Counted from the first letter of the stretch, positions 21,366-30,698 are shown. The stretch is 64,000 nucleotides of DNA from an uncultured archaeon (GCA_964632315.1 CAZWEM010000003.1:73823-137822); one strand, 5' to 3'. Notes: generated from the letters alone by a model not told the origin. Program-made: numbers and translations.

Positions 21366-22756
21366 TAGTTAGCCCCTCTCTCTTTCAATTTTTTGTTAAG
21401 TATGTCCAAGCTCTGCAAATAAAAATGTAAATTTGGTACGTTTTTTTTGGAATAATATTTTATAAGTGCTGAAGTAAGATTCTTCATAGTTGGGGGACAT
21501 CCTGGCAATTCTAAAATATCTTTATTTTGCTTTTTAATGGTTCTTGGTGTTGCACTTTTTTCAGTTTTCTTTTTTAAGACTTTTTTGAGAGTTTCGAATA
21601 TCTTGGGTGTCTTTTTAGTAAGTATTAATTTTCTAAAATCGTATTTACGTGTAGAATTAACTGCACAGTCTCCAAATAAAAGCACATTTTTATGATTCTC
21701 GGGTTCTTTTGGAGTTTCGCCAATTAAAAGCGTTTGTTTCATAATATATACTAAATCTTTCGTCATGAATGTTTTCATAAAATTTATAAGATGATAAGCT
21801 TGTTCATAACATCCACAACACATTGTTCCTGTCTTGATCTCAGTTCCATAAACATCTAACTGCTCTAGATTTTTAGTACAAGGTTTAATATGGAATGTAT
21901 TTTGTTCAATTGGCTCTCCTATAAAATTGAGGTTGTTTATTTTCAATCCATTTTGTTCTCGTTTAATTGCATTTGATATTAATTCATTGCTATATGGATC
22001 GAGAGCAAAAATTTTAAGAGTAGCAAAGTCTACCGCAATTGGGTCTTTCCCGAAGATCATTAAATTTGTTGTTTTTAAATTCGAATCTCTATAAATATAA
22101 GGTCCTGCTTGTTCTAAGACTTGAAAAATATCATTTATAACAAGGTCTGGTTTTCGAATCTGGTACACATCTAAAATTTTTGTGATCAAATCCTCTTTAT
22201 ATTGGTTCTTATGTTCCCTATTTTGTTGAGATTTGGATTCTATTACTTGACGATACTTAGGGGTTATAAGGGAGTAAGAATTTTGAATTGCTAAGCTAAA
22301 TTGGAATAAAGGATGAACATTTATTTGATTAAAAATAATAAATTTATCGCATTTCAAGAGGATGTCAGGGATCTTGATTATCTCATTTGAAGCTTCCAAA
22401 TTGATTTTTGAACATAAATTTTGATCGTCTAAAAATGAAAATTCAGCCCCAGAAAACTTCAAAATTTCAACAAGACGATGTATCTTCTCAACCTCATGAG
22501 TTTCTAAACCTTCTCTCGGTATGGATCCTATATAAATCTGCTTTGCTCCCGCTTCTTTGCATTCTTTTACGATTAAGGAGAGAATTGTTAAATCTGAATG
22601 CGATGGAAATCCTTGAATATCATATAAGGTAATTTTAATAAATATAATGTCATCTTTATCTATAACTGCTTTAAATCCTCCCAATAATTTGACTCCATTT
22701 AAAAATGCAGAAGCATGATCTATTCCTTTAGCAATTATTACGTCGGTATTTTCCAT
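21365..22756 (-). CDS. DUF362-family Fe-S protein (divergent)
   Basis: KPDLVIND, DPIAVD, CCGC, GDCA and PGCPP motifs. Confidence 0.75.
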   Translation of the reverse strand: MENTDVIIAKGIDHASAFLNGVKLLGGFKAVIDKDDIIFIKITLYDIQGFPSHSDLTILSLIVKECKEAGAKQIYIGSIPREGLETHEVEKIHRLVEILKFSGAEFSFLDDQNLCSKINLEASNEIIKIPDILLKCDKFIIFNQINVHPLFQFSLAIQNSYSLITPKYRQVIESKSQQNREHKNQYKEDLITKILDVYQIRKPDLVINDIFQVLEQAGPYIYRDSNLKTTNLMIFGKDPIAVDFATLKIFALDPYSNELISNAIKREQNGLKINNLNFIGEPIEQNTFHIKPCTKNLEQLDVYGTEIKTGTMCCGCYEQAYHLINFMKTFMTKDLVYIMKQTLLIGETPKEPENHKNVLLFGDCAVNSTRKYDFRKLILTKKTPKIFETLKKVLKKKTEKSATPRTIKKQNKDILELPGCPPTMKNLTSALIKYYSKKNVPNLHFYLQSLDILNKKLKERGAN

Positions 22757-22856
22757 TACATCTAAGTCTCTGAAATCTATGTTATTTGAAATTGATTAAC
22801 TTGGATAAATTAATTTATTATTTTAATTTATTAAATTTTAATTAATTTTTGAGTAA

Positions 22857-23750
22857 GTGATGCACATTTTTCAAAAGTTTACATTATCTATTGAAAATGA
22901 TAAGATTTTAAGTCAATTAAACTCCAACATAATTGGAATTGATTTGGGTCAAACATTAACCAAAATTGCTTATCGCGATGAAAAAAAATTAATTTTACTT
23001 CTGCACCCCACAAATATAACATATGAATTTGTCATTCAATTTTTGGAACAAAATGATTTTTCCAATAAGAAAATTAATCTAACTGGGGGAAAGGGTTATG
23101 ATTTCTATAAAATTATTGAGGAAAAGTTTAGTACATCGCTTTTTGGGGAATTTGAAGTAAACGTGAATGGAATTGAATTTTTATATCAATTAAAGAAGGA
23201 GAAAAATCTTCCACATTGTTTGATTATAACGGTTGGAACGGGGACGTCTATGATTTCAAGAAAAGAAAGATTTGAACATATTGGGGGATCTGCGCTTGGA
23301 GGGGGTTTTTTCATGGCTCTAATCAATTTACTTTATAAAATGGATAATTTTGACGATGCCATTACGTTTGCATCAAAAGGAGATAGATATAACGTGGATT
23401 TAAAAGTAGGCGATATTTATTCACCTGAAGATAACAGAGTTAGCTCAATATTCCGCCAATTTACTGCAGCTTCACTAGGAAAAATTAATAGTTCCTTCAA
23501 AATTGAGGATTATCAAAAAGAGGATCTATTAAACTCTATTATTTGTATGATAGGAGAGAATGTGGGAACGATCGCCATTGAGAAAGCAAAGTCGTATGAA
23601 ATAGATAATCTTGTCTTTTGCGGAGGATTTCTAAGAAATAATAATCCTATTCAGAAATTGCTGTCTTTACTTTGTACAATCAACCAAATGAAATCAATTT
23701 TTCTTGAACACTCGATATTTGCTGGTGCTATAGGAATGCTTTTAGAATGA
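22857..23750 (+). CDS. Type II (Fumble/eukaryote-like) pantothenate kinase
   Basis: GIDLGQTLTKI, LTGG, VGTGTS, HIGGSALGGG, DLKVGDIY and AASLGK motifs. Confidence 0.85.
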   Translation: MMHIFQKFTLSIENDKILSQLNSNIIGIDLGQTLTKIAYRDEKKLILLLHPTNITYEFVIQFLEQNDFSNKKINLTGGKGYDFYKIIEEKFSTSLFGEFEVNVNGIEFLYQLKKEKNLPHCLIITVGTGTSMISRKERFEHIGGSALGGGFFMALINLLYKMDNFDDAITFASKGDRYNVDLKVGDIYSPEDNRVSSIFRQFTAASLGKINSSFKIEDYQKEDLLNSIICMIGENVGTIAIEKAKSYEIDNLVFCGGFLRNNNPIQKLLSLLCTINQMKSIFLEHSIFAGAIGMLLE

Positions 23751-23895
23751 TCTGTAAAAATTAAAGATGTGTGCCCATTCGGAGATCTCTAATCATTGAA
23801 TTTAAATAATTAAATCACTCATAAAGACACTATAAAATGGGCACATTAAAGGTAAGGAAATTGAGATTAATAAAATTTTAGATTAATCAAGACAG

Positions 23896-24549
23896 TCAAA
23901 CCGATTCTGAATGTTTTGTCAGTAAGTCCTCGTTGGTCTTACCTAATTTTATGGCTAACTCAGCAATAATTGCATCAAGGTATACAAATGCTGCGATTTC
24001 GAACTGAGTTCCCTCAGGAGTTAATACTGCAGTATCGGTATGATCTCTATCAACATCACGCTTAGTACGCCCCTTTAATTTGATTGTTATATCACCAACC
24101 CTTCCAATAATAGTTTCAGGATGAGATGTGATAGTCACTATCCCATAAGGTTTTACTGTATTGACATAGTTCTTTAACAAGCTTACTACTATCGCGGTTG
24201 TGCCAGATCCAGAAAGTACAATCAGAACATCATTTTTCGTGAGGGCTGGCATGCTTGCTAAATTAGTCACCATATAAACTTCGGCACCTAAATGTACTAA
24301 TCTAGTAGCAAAACATTGTAGGATGAAAGCAGATCTTCCGGACGCTAAAAGAAAGAACTTTCTTTTATTCACTAATCCATCATGAATTAATTCGATGAAT
24401 TTCTGCGTATGGGAGAAATACTTTGGCTTGTTCAAGTGTTCCATGTTATGTTTCAGGTTGTTCATGATGAGGTCCATGCTTTGGAACATTATCTCCTTTG
24501 CTTTGCCATTAACCCTTGTAATAGCTTCATCATTGGTCTTATTGGCCAT
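23896..24549 (-). CDS. SIS-domain 6-phospho-3-hexuloisomerase-like protein
   Basis: SGRSAF, RLVHLG, LSGSGTT and PEGTQFE motifs. Confidence 0.8.
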   Translation of the reverse strand: MANKTNDEAITRVNGKAKEIMFQSMDLIMNNLKHNMEHLNKPKYFSHTQKFIELIHDGLVNKRKFFLLASGRSAFILQCFATRLVHLGAEVYMVTNLASMPALTKNDVLIVLSGSGTTAIVVSLLKNYVNTVKPYGIVTITSHPETIIGRVGDITIKLKGRTKRDVDRDHTDTAVLTPEGTQFEIAAFVYLDAIIAELAIKLGKTNEDLLTKHSESV

Positions 24550-24690
24550 ATTTAATCACGTTATTCTACTAACATGTATTAATAAGAATGAATTTTAATA
24601 ATATTTTGTGCTTATGCAATTCTCATTCTTATCTCTTAAAAGTAAGATTATCAATACATTAATGAGGTCATAATTAAAAATTTGGTAAAT

Positions 24691-24978
24691 TCATCCCACC
24701 ATTGGAGCCCGGATTTCTTTCTTAGTGGGAACCCCATCGGGGTATTTTTTCTCAAGATATAAACCACGGAGACCAACAGCTATTAGAAATACTGCTAACC
24801 CCAGAAAGAATATCCAAAATCCAACACTAAGGAAGAATGATGTAATGTCTGTTATGTGTGTATAACGAGTGCCCGTGAATATTAAGGTAAGTGAAAGAAT
24901 AGCAATCCCAGACCCGACGATACAATCAAAATATAAAGCCCTACGGTGGCGTAGAATATCTTTTCTATCTATACTCAT
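24691..24978 (-). CDS. Small two-TM membrane protein
   Basis: 95 aa with two hydrophobic segments. Confidence 0.7.
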   Translation of the reverse strand: MSIDRKDILRHRRALYFDCIVGSGIAILSLTLIFTGTRYTHITDITSFFLSVGFWIFFLGLAVFLIAVGLRGLYLEKKYPDGVPTKKEIRAPMVG

Positions 24979-25194
24979 TTTTTAACTACAAAAATTCTAT
25001 TCTCTATTTAAAGAAAATAGTATGGAAAATTTAAATTTTAAGCTATAAAAAAGTTAGAGTCGATTGTAATAAAGTTATATAATTAAAGCACTAGCATCCG
25101 ATCATTATCAGCTTAAGTTAAAACCAAATTACATCAACTTTAATTACTAATAAAACAATCTTTTCTATAATTTAAATAAAAATCCAAGTATATC

Positions 25195-26577
25195 ATGTTA
25201 AACAGTTTTAATCGTAGATTTCCAGTTGCCTTAGTTTATATTTTGTTTGGGGTTCCTTTTATCGGATTGGGCCTTATTGATTCATTTATTAATTCATACT
25301 TATTTTTCTATTATGAGGTCGAGATTGGACATCCAATATTCATTATAGCAATGACATTTTATATAGTGGAAGTTATCATCTTATTATTTCAACCATTTCT
25401 GGGATATATATCTGACAGAAATTATGGGTTTACAAGGAAACTGGGAAGACGTTTTCCATGGATTTTGGGTTCAGGATTTTTAACTGCTTCTATGCTTGTT
25501 GTATTATTTATGATGCCTATGTACATTCCGTCAACATATGGGTTCTTAATACTTATAGTGTATTTAATTTTTAGTTTTAGCTTTACAACCTTTACTATTA
25601 GTCTTTTTGCTTCATTATTAACACGATTCAGGAATCCTAAAGAGCGAGTTCTCCTCGCAATGATATCACAAACATTAAGCGGAAGCTCGGCATTTATAAC
25701 GTTATTTTTTACACCATTTTTTATCAAATATGGGTTACCAAGTTCTTACCAATCCACAGCTATTATTATAGCTGTTTTATTTATTGCGTGTTTGATGATT
25801 GGCTTTATAGGAATATTCGAAGAACAAGAAGTTATTGACTCCTATTTTAACCCAAATAATGTTGCTCCAGAAGGTTTCTTAAATAATTATGCGGTTAGAT
25901 ATCGGATTTTTAGAAATAAAAATTTCCTACTTCTCAGCACTCAATTCATGATAATCGCGATATTCAATTATCTCTTTAATAATGAAATGATTTATTATAT
26001 CTATTATGTATTGGGCTTATCAGCAACATTCCAATCAATAATTTATACTGGATATATCATATGGCTGATATTGGGAGTTCTCGGAGGATTTATTTTATCT
26101 TGGTTTCTTGGACATCTAAAAACATACATCATCTCGGGTTTCCTCATGAGTTTAAGCCTTATTATAGCTACTTTCATGAATGAGTTCGCTCTTACAGTAC
26201 TTTTTATAAATGCCGTGGGCTTTGGTTATGGCCTTAACATAATATCAATGATCCCTCTAATCGGTGACACATTTGATGATAATTCACACACCCATCGTAT
26301 GCGCTCGGATGGGTTCGCTTACGGAACTTTACTCATGTTTAGTAGCCTAGGAACAATTATTTCTCCTTTCTTTTCTTCAATTATGCGTTCTATGACTGGA
26401 TTCATTCCAGGTAGTTCAACACAGACTCCAATGGCCCTTTGGGGAATTAAAATACTCTTTACTCTTATTCCAGGGATATTAGTATTAATTGGAATAATAA
26501 TATTCACTTTTACCTATGATTTAAAACCGGAAAGAACAGAAATAATTCGAATGGAACTCAATGAGCTCCAAATATAG
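25195..26577 (+). CDS. MFS transporter, glycoside-pentoside-hexuronide (GPH) family
   Basis: QPFLGYISDR...GRRFPW motif and about 12 TM helices. Confidence 0.88.
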   Translation: MLNSFNRRFPVALVYILFGVPFIGLGLIDSFINSYLFFYYEVEIGHPIFIIAMTFYIVEVIILLFQPFLGYISDRNYGFTRKLGRRFPWILGSGFLTASMLVVLFMMPMYIPSTYGFLILIVYLIFSFSFTTFTISLFASLLTRFRNPKERVLLAMISQTLSGSSAFITLFFTPFFIKYGLPSSYQSTAIIIAVLFIACLMIGFIGIFEEQEVIDSYFNPNNVAPEGFLNNYAVRYRIFRNKNFLLLSTQFMIIAIFNYLFNNEMIYYIYYVLGLSATFQSIIYTGYIIWLILGVLGGFILSWFLGHLKTYIISGFLMSLSLIIATFMNEFALTVLFINAVGFGYGLNIISMIPLIGDTFDDNSHTHRMRSDGFAYGTLLMFSSLGTIISPFFSSIMRSMTGFIPGSSTQTPMALWGIKILFTLIPGILVLIGIIIFTFTYDLKPERTEIIRMELNELQI

Positions 26578-26731
26578 TACTTCTTAAATTTAAATTAAAA
26601 TCATCAATAAATTCATTTTCTATATTCATAATCTCTAGTATTCACTAACCTTTTATCCTCAATTGAACTCTTTCTTTATAATGGACAAAAAAAAGTTCAA
26701 AATAAGAATCTGATTATATGAATGAAAAATC

Positions 26732-26749
26732 TAAAAAAAAGAAAAAAAA
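26732..26749 (-). terminator. Oligo-T tract downstream of the histone gene
   Basis: A T-run on the minus strand about 30 nt after the stop; archaeal-type terminator candidate. Confidence 0.45.
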
Positions 26750-26779
26750 TTAGTTTTTAAATATCTGGTTATTTTCCAT

Positions 26780-27057
26780 TTATTTATACTTAATCGCCAG
26801 TAGGAGATCGTTTTTGGTAATTTATATAAGAAATCCTTGAAATAAGAAATTCTTTTTACGATTAGCATGCATGGTAAAAGCTCGTGCTTGTTCGGTTAAT
26901 CCAGATGCTGTTTTTTCAAGATGGTCAATTAAAAGATCCACTGCATTTCTGGCTACGATGCTTGCACCTTGCTGCTTCATTAATCTCCTTATTGGCGACC
27001 AGGCAAAACTCCACTCAGAGTCGATTTGACCCTTGATCTATGTTTCTTTTTAGCCAT
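26780..27057 (-). CDS. Archaeal histone (HMf-like fold, 72 aa after removing two putative introns); exons 27057-27038, 27008-26854, 26823-26780
   Basis: GGAGGA RBS before ATG 27057. Spliced product: MAKKKHSFAWSPIRRLMKQQGASIVARNAVDLLIDHLEKTASGLTEQARAFTMHANRKKITKNDLLLAIKYK. Has the alpha1 PIRRLMK and HA.RK.I...D histone motifs. Absent from the ORF track. Confidence 0.88.
26824..26853 (-). other. Putative BHB-type intron 2 (30 nt) in the histone gene
   Basis: AGAAUUUCUUAUUUCAAGGAUUUCUUAUAU. Central helix GUAA/UUAU; bulges AA^A and AU^A; intron stem GAAUUUCUU/AAGGAUUUC; exon stem UAAU/AUUA. Removal deletes the in-frame TAA and restores RKKIT. Confidence 0.8.
27009..27037 (-). other. Putative BHB-type intron 1 (29 nt) in the histone gene
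   Basis: AUCAAGGGUCAAAUCGACUCUGAGUGGAG. Intron stem UCA-A-GGGUC/GACUC-UGA; bulges AG^A and AG^U; central helix ACAU/GUGG (3 pairs plus A.G). Removal fixes the frameshift. Confidence 0.72.
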
Positions 27058-27504
27058 GGTCTATTCCTCCACAATTATAAATTTATAATTCGAGTATTTT
27101 TACTTTTTTTTGGTTTATTAGTAAAGTTTCTTAGATAATATAATATCCGAACGATTATTTAAATGTTTTGGCAATATCAGAAGAACTTGAGGGATTAAAT
27201 GAATAAAAAATCACGACAAAAAGTTAATGTTTTGATTAAAGGATAATCATCCGTGATCATGGAAAGGAAGATCACATGAAGAATTCGAATCCAATTTTTT
27301 AGAATCAAAATAATTCGGATGGTCAAGTTGAGAAAAAGAGGCTTAATATAGGTTTTATTATGGTTTAAAGGGGAATTAAAAAAATTTTTATCAATGCAAC
27401 TCATCATCATTCAATGTCGTGAGATCCATCCCACGATCATAAGGTCTTAGTCATGAGGTAATTAAGTGGGAAAAAATAATCTTATTCTAGTGGTATGATA
27501 TGGG

Positions 27505-27638
27505 ATCAAGATTTGAAGAATCTTTCAATATTTATCATGATGACATAACTTAATTGTTGGGTTTAATTTGTGAAAAGTTATAATTTCTAAACAAAAATTT
27601 TAATAAAATCAGCTTTTTTACAATCTCGAGAAAGTTTA
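27505..27638 (+). repeat. Non-coding direct repeat, copy 1 (~134 bp)
   Basis: Near-identical to 29776-29909, with only a handful of substitutions. Confidence 0.92.
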
Positions 27639-27936
27639 ACTCAGAAATCTTAGATAAATAATTTTCATTTTTTCTTCGATAACCATAGTACTTTATGCTA
27701 AAAGATGGGACATTAAGAAACTTGTTATTGTTTGGGGTTTGGGGATTCCAATCTCACCATTTTGTCTTTTAAGTTCTTAATTGAATATTCTAATATAGAA
27801 AATCTTATGGGATTAAATTAACATTTGGCTTGAAAAGCGCAAAACAACGATAATCACAATGGATGAAATTGAAATTTTATATGAAGAAAAAAGTTTTAAA
27901 TAGATTTCATACAAATCATTATACAAACAACAAAGG

Positions 27937-29604
27937 ATGAATTTTTTGAAAAAGACAAAAATATTCATAATTTTAATTCTGCTAACTTTTTCATTAATAA
28001 TTGTTAATTCAATAAGAATTAATGTTCAATTTTTAAAAGAAATTCCAAAAAATGAACCTCTCTTGATTCATACAAGTTGGGATGGAGGTAATGGAACTAT
28101 CGGAAACCCATACATCTTAGAGAATAAAACATACGATGGAGGGAGTACAAATGGGTATTCATTGATAAATTTTGACAGTTACTTCATTATTCGTAATTGC
28201 ACCTTCATTAACTCTGGAACAGCAGATGATAACGCAGGATTGCGGTTAGTGGGGGTCGAAAATGGTCTGATTTATAATAATACTTTCGAATCGTGCCAGA
28301 ATGGAATCTTGTTTTCCCAACAAATTGGTACTTGCCAAAATAACATAGTTAAGAACAATACATTTAGAAATAACATTAATGGAATTCGAGTTGCTTACCT
28401 TGCTCGATGGATCAATATCACAAAAAATAGGTTTTTTGATAACGGAGATGGCATTGAACTTTTTGGTCGTAATTTGAATTCAGTATCATATAATTATTTT
28501 GAATCCAATAGTGTGGGAATACACTTACTTGGTAGCGATTCTAATACGATCGTTGGAAATCAAGTTCAATATACCAATAATTTTGGCATATACCTTGAGA
28601 ATAGCGACATGAATGAGATTAGGAGTAATATTGTTAAAAATAGTAACGTCGGAGTTTTACTTGATAGTAGTAAATCTAATGAAATTAATTTAAACATAAT
28701 AAATTCTAACACTGAAGGAATCACCTTTCAATCTATTTCCGATAATAATACTATCTTTAATAATACAATCGCTAATAATAATAAGGGAATTCACGTATTT
28801 GGTGGCGATTCTAACTATATTATTGGAAATGAAGTGCGATATAATACTAATTATGGTATAAATTTTGAGGATAGTTACACAAATGAGGTTAGGGAAAATA
28901 TTGTTAAAAATTGTGCTGTCGGGATTTTACTTGATACAGGTAGATATAATGATCTTTACCTGAACACAATCTGCTCTAATAGTATAGGAATGAGCTTTCA
29001 AACCATTTCTGATAATAATACAATTTATAATAATACATTTTGTGCAAATAATGACCATATTAGTATAATCAGTTCTTCGGGAAATATTTTTCATAATGGA
29101 TCAATTGGAAATTACTGGGACGATTATGATGGATATGATTGTAATGGAGATGGAATAGGTGAGACTACTTATGAAGAAGGAACAATTTTCGATCCACTTC
29201 CAATCTGTTATCGACTAGATATTTATAGTCCAATCGTATCAATTATGAATTTGATAAATGGACAAGTATTTAATGCTACAGCACCATCATTTATCCTTTC
29301 AATTCAAGAGTATCAAGTGGATAAAATAGCTTATCAAATTGATATTGGTACTAATTATTCTTGTGGAGCTTCGGATAAAATAGATCAGATGTTATGGGAT
29401 TCTCTCACTCTCGGAAGGCATAATATAACATTTTATGTTCTTGATGCTGCCAATAATTTAGGAAAAGCAGAAGTTTATATCTTTAAAAATGCATCAGAAG
29501 AACCAGAAGAACCTTCGATTCCATTTAGTCCATACTTCTCATTAATTATGATTGTAGCTATTATAGGAGTTCTAATGTATACTAAAAGGAAAATATCATT
29601 TTAA
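27937..29604 (+). CDS. Secreted NosD/CASH right-handed beta-helix protein with a Loki-CTERM-like anchor
   Basis: N-terminal TM/signal, GNGTIGNPYI, N..I.NN.I..N..GI repeats, GNYWDDY.G.D..GDGIG, and C-terminal IP + TM + KRK. Confidence 0.88.
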   Translation: MNFLKKTKIFIILILLTFSLIIVNSIRINVQFLKEIPKNEPLLIHTSWDGGNGTIGNPYILENKTYDGGSTNGYSLINFDSYFIIRNCTFINSGTADDNAGLRLVGVENGLIYNNTFESCQNGILFSQQIGTCQNNIVKNNTFRNNINGIRVAYLARWINITKNRFFDNGDGIELFGRNLNSVSYNYFESNSVGIHLLGSDSNTIVGNQVQYTNNFGIYLENSDMNEIRSNIVKNSNVGVLLDSSKSNEINLNIINSNTEGITFQSISDNNTIFNNTIANNNKGIHVFGGDSNYIIGNEVRYNTNYGINFEDSYTNEVRENIVKNCAVGILLDTGRYNDLYLNTICSNSIGMSFQTISDNNTIYNNTFCANNDHISIISSSGNIFHNGSIGNYWDDYDGYDCNGDGIGETTYEEGTIFDPLPICYRLDIYSPIVSIMNLINGQVFNATAPSFILSIQEYQVDKIAYQIDIGTNYSCGASDKIDQMLWDSLTLGRHNITFYVLDAANNLGKAEVYIFKNASEEPEEPSIPFSPYFSLIMIVAIIGVLMYTKRKISF

Positions 29605-29775
29605 GTGAGATTACTTTCTCTTTTTTTTACATTTTCTTCTTTTACTTCAATTTACCGGATCAATTGATTTTAAAAAACACAGATTTTTTATTTACGTTGG
29701 AGTCTAATCTTAGAATGCTAATGATTTTGCAGTGATCTCACAAGACTGAAATATGAACATTATATACAAGATATA

Positions 29776-29909
29776 ATCAAGATTTGAAGAATCTTTCAAT
29801 ATTTATCATGATGACATAACTTAATTGTTCGGTTTAATTTGTGAAAAGTTATAATTTCTAAACAAAAATTTTAATTAAATCGGCTTTTTTACTATCTCAA
29901 GATAGTTTA
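29776..29909 (+). repeat. Non-coding direct repeat, copy 2 (upstream region of the proteasome beta gene)
   Basis: Matches 27505-27638 and ends about 30 bp before ATG 29942. Confidence 0.92.
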
Positions 29910-29941
29910 GTTAATAATTCTATAAGTAAGAGAAAAAAATT

Positions 29942-30559
29942 ATGAGTCAGCAAATTACAGTCCCTGGAGCTGCCGGTGTAGCTATCAAGTGTAAAGATGG
30001 CGTAATTCTCGGAAATGATCGAAGAGCTACATGGGGCTATACTGTTACGAATAAGTCTACTAAAAAAGTATTTCTTGTCAGTGAGAAAATAGGTTTCGCA
30101 GCATATGGATTAATTGGTGATTATCAAATCCTTGCTAGGATCATGAGAGCACAAGCAAATTTATATGCGTTAGATGCGGGAGCGAAAATTAACACGAAAA
30201 GCATGGCGAAGATGATATCTAATTTCTTATATTCTCGCAAAATGGCTCCATTATACACTAATTTAGTAGTTGCTGGTTACGACGAGGAAGGACCTCAATT
30301 ATATACCTTGGATGCCATCGGTTCTTTAATACCAGAAGATTATGGCACAACAGGAACGGGGATGCTCCTTTCCATAGGTATTTTAGAAGCGGAGTATAAG
30401 CCTGATATTTCAATTGCTGAAGGTGAAGAACTTGTTACTAAAGCAATTCGAAATGCCATAAAAAGAGATGCCATGTCAGGAAATGGAATTGATTTGATAA
30501 TTATTACGAAAGATGGCGCTCAAGAAAAATTCATTGAGATTGATGAATTAGGAGAATAA
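29942..30559 (+). CDS. psmB: Proteasome beta subunit, predicted non-catalytic (no Thr1)
   Basis: AIKCKDGVILGNDRRAT, LDAIGS, TTGTG and KRDAMSGNG motifs; PG-AAGV replaces G-TTTV. Confidence 0.92.
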   Translation: MSQQITVPGAAGVAIKCKDGVILGNDRRATWGYTVTNKSTKKVFLVSEKIGFAAYGLIGDYQILARIMRAQANLYALDAGAKINTKSMAKMISNFLYSRKMAPLYTNLVVAGYDEEGPQLYTLDAIGSLIPEDYGTTGTGMLLSIGILEAEYKPDISIAEGEELVTKAIRNAIKRDAMSGNGIDLIIITKDGAQEKFIEIDELGE

Positions 30560-30698
30560 ACTCCATATTATTATTTCAAAATGCTAAAAATATTTTTTAG
30601 AACGCATTTTTTAACAGCTTAGTTTTAATTTGAAAAGAAATTTATTGGATGCTGTATATTTCCTAATTGAATTTAGATAGTTTCATAGGTGTACTTTA

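Noticed and set aside
26822-26853. Stop-codon readthrough of the histone TAA
   Set aside because: It would leave 10 extra, mostly hydrophobic residues inside the conserved RK.I..D loop; precise BHB excision explains the sequence better.
27038-27052. Programmed -1 frameshift at T-AAA-AAG as the way to join the histone N-terminus to its body
   Set aside because: The -1 frame hits TAG at 27040-27038 two codons later, and it would not explain the second insertion.
26780-27057. Histone pseudogene
   Set aside because: Not excluded but disfavoured: RBS, start, stop and fold residues are intact, and both lesions are structured inserts with frame-restoring cut sites.
27195-27480. 71-aa minus-strand ORF and small hairpins upstream of the histone gene
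   Set aside because: No recognisable motif or RBS, and the hairpins are short; insufficient support for a gene or ncRNA.
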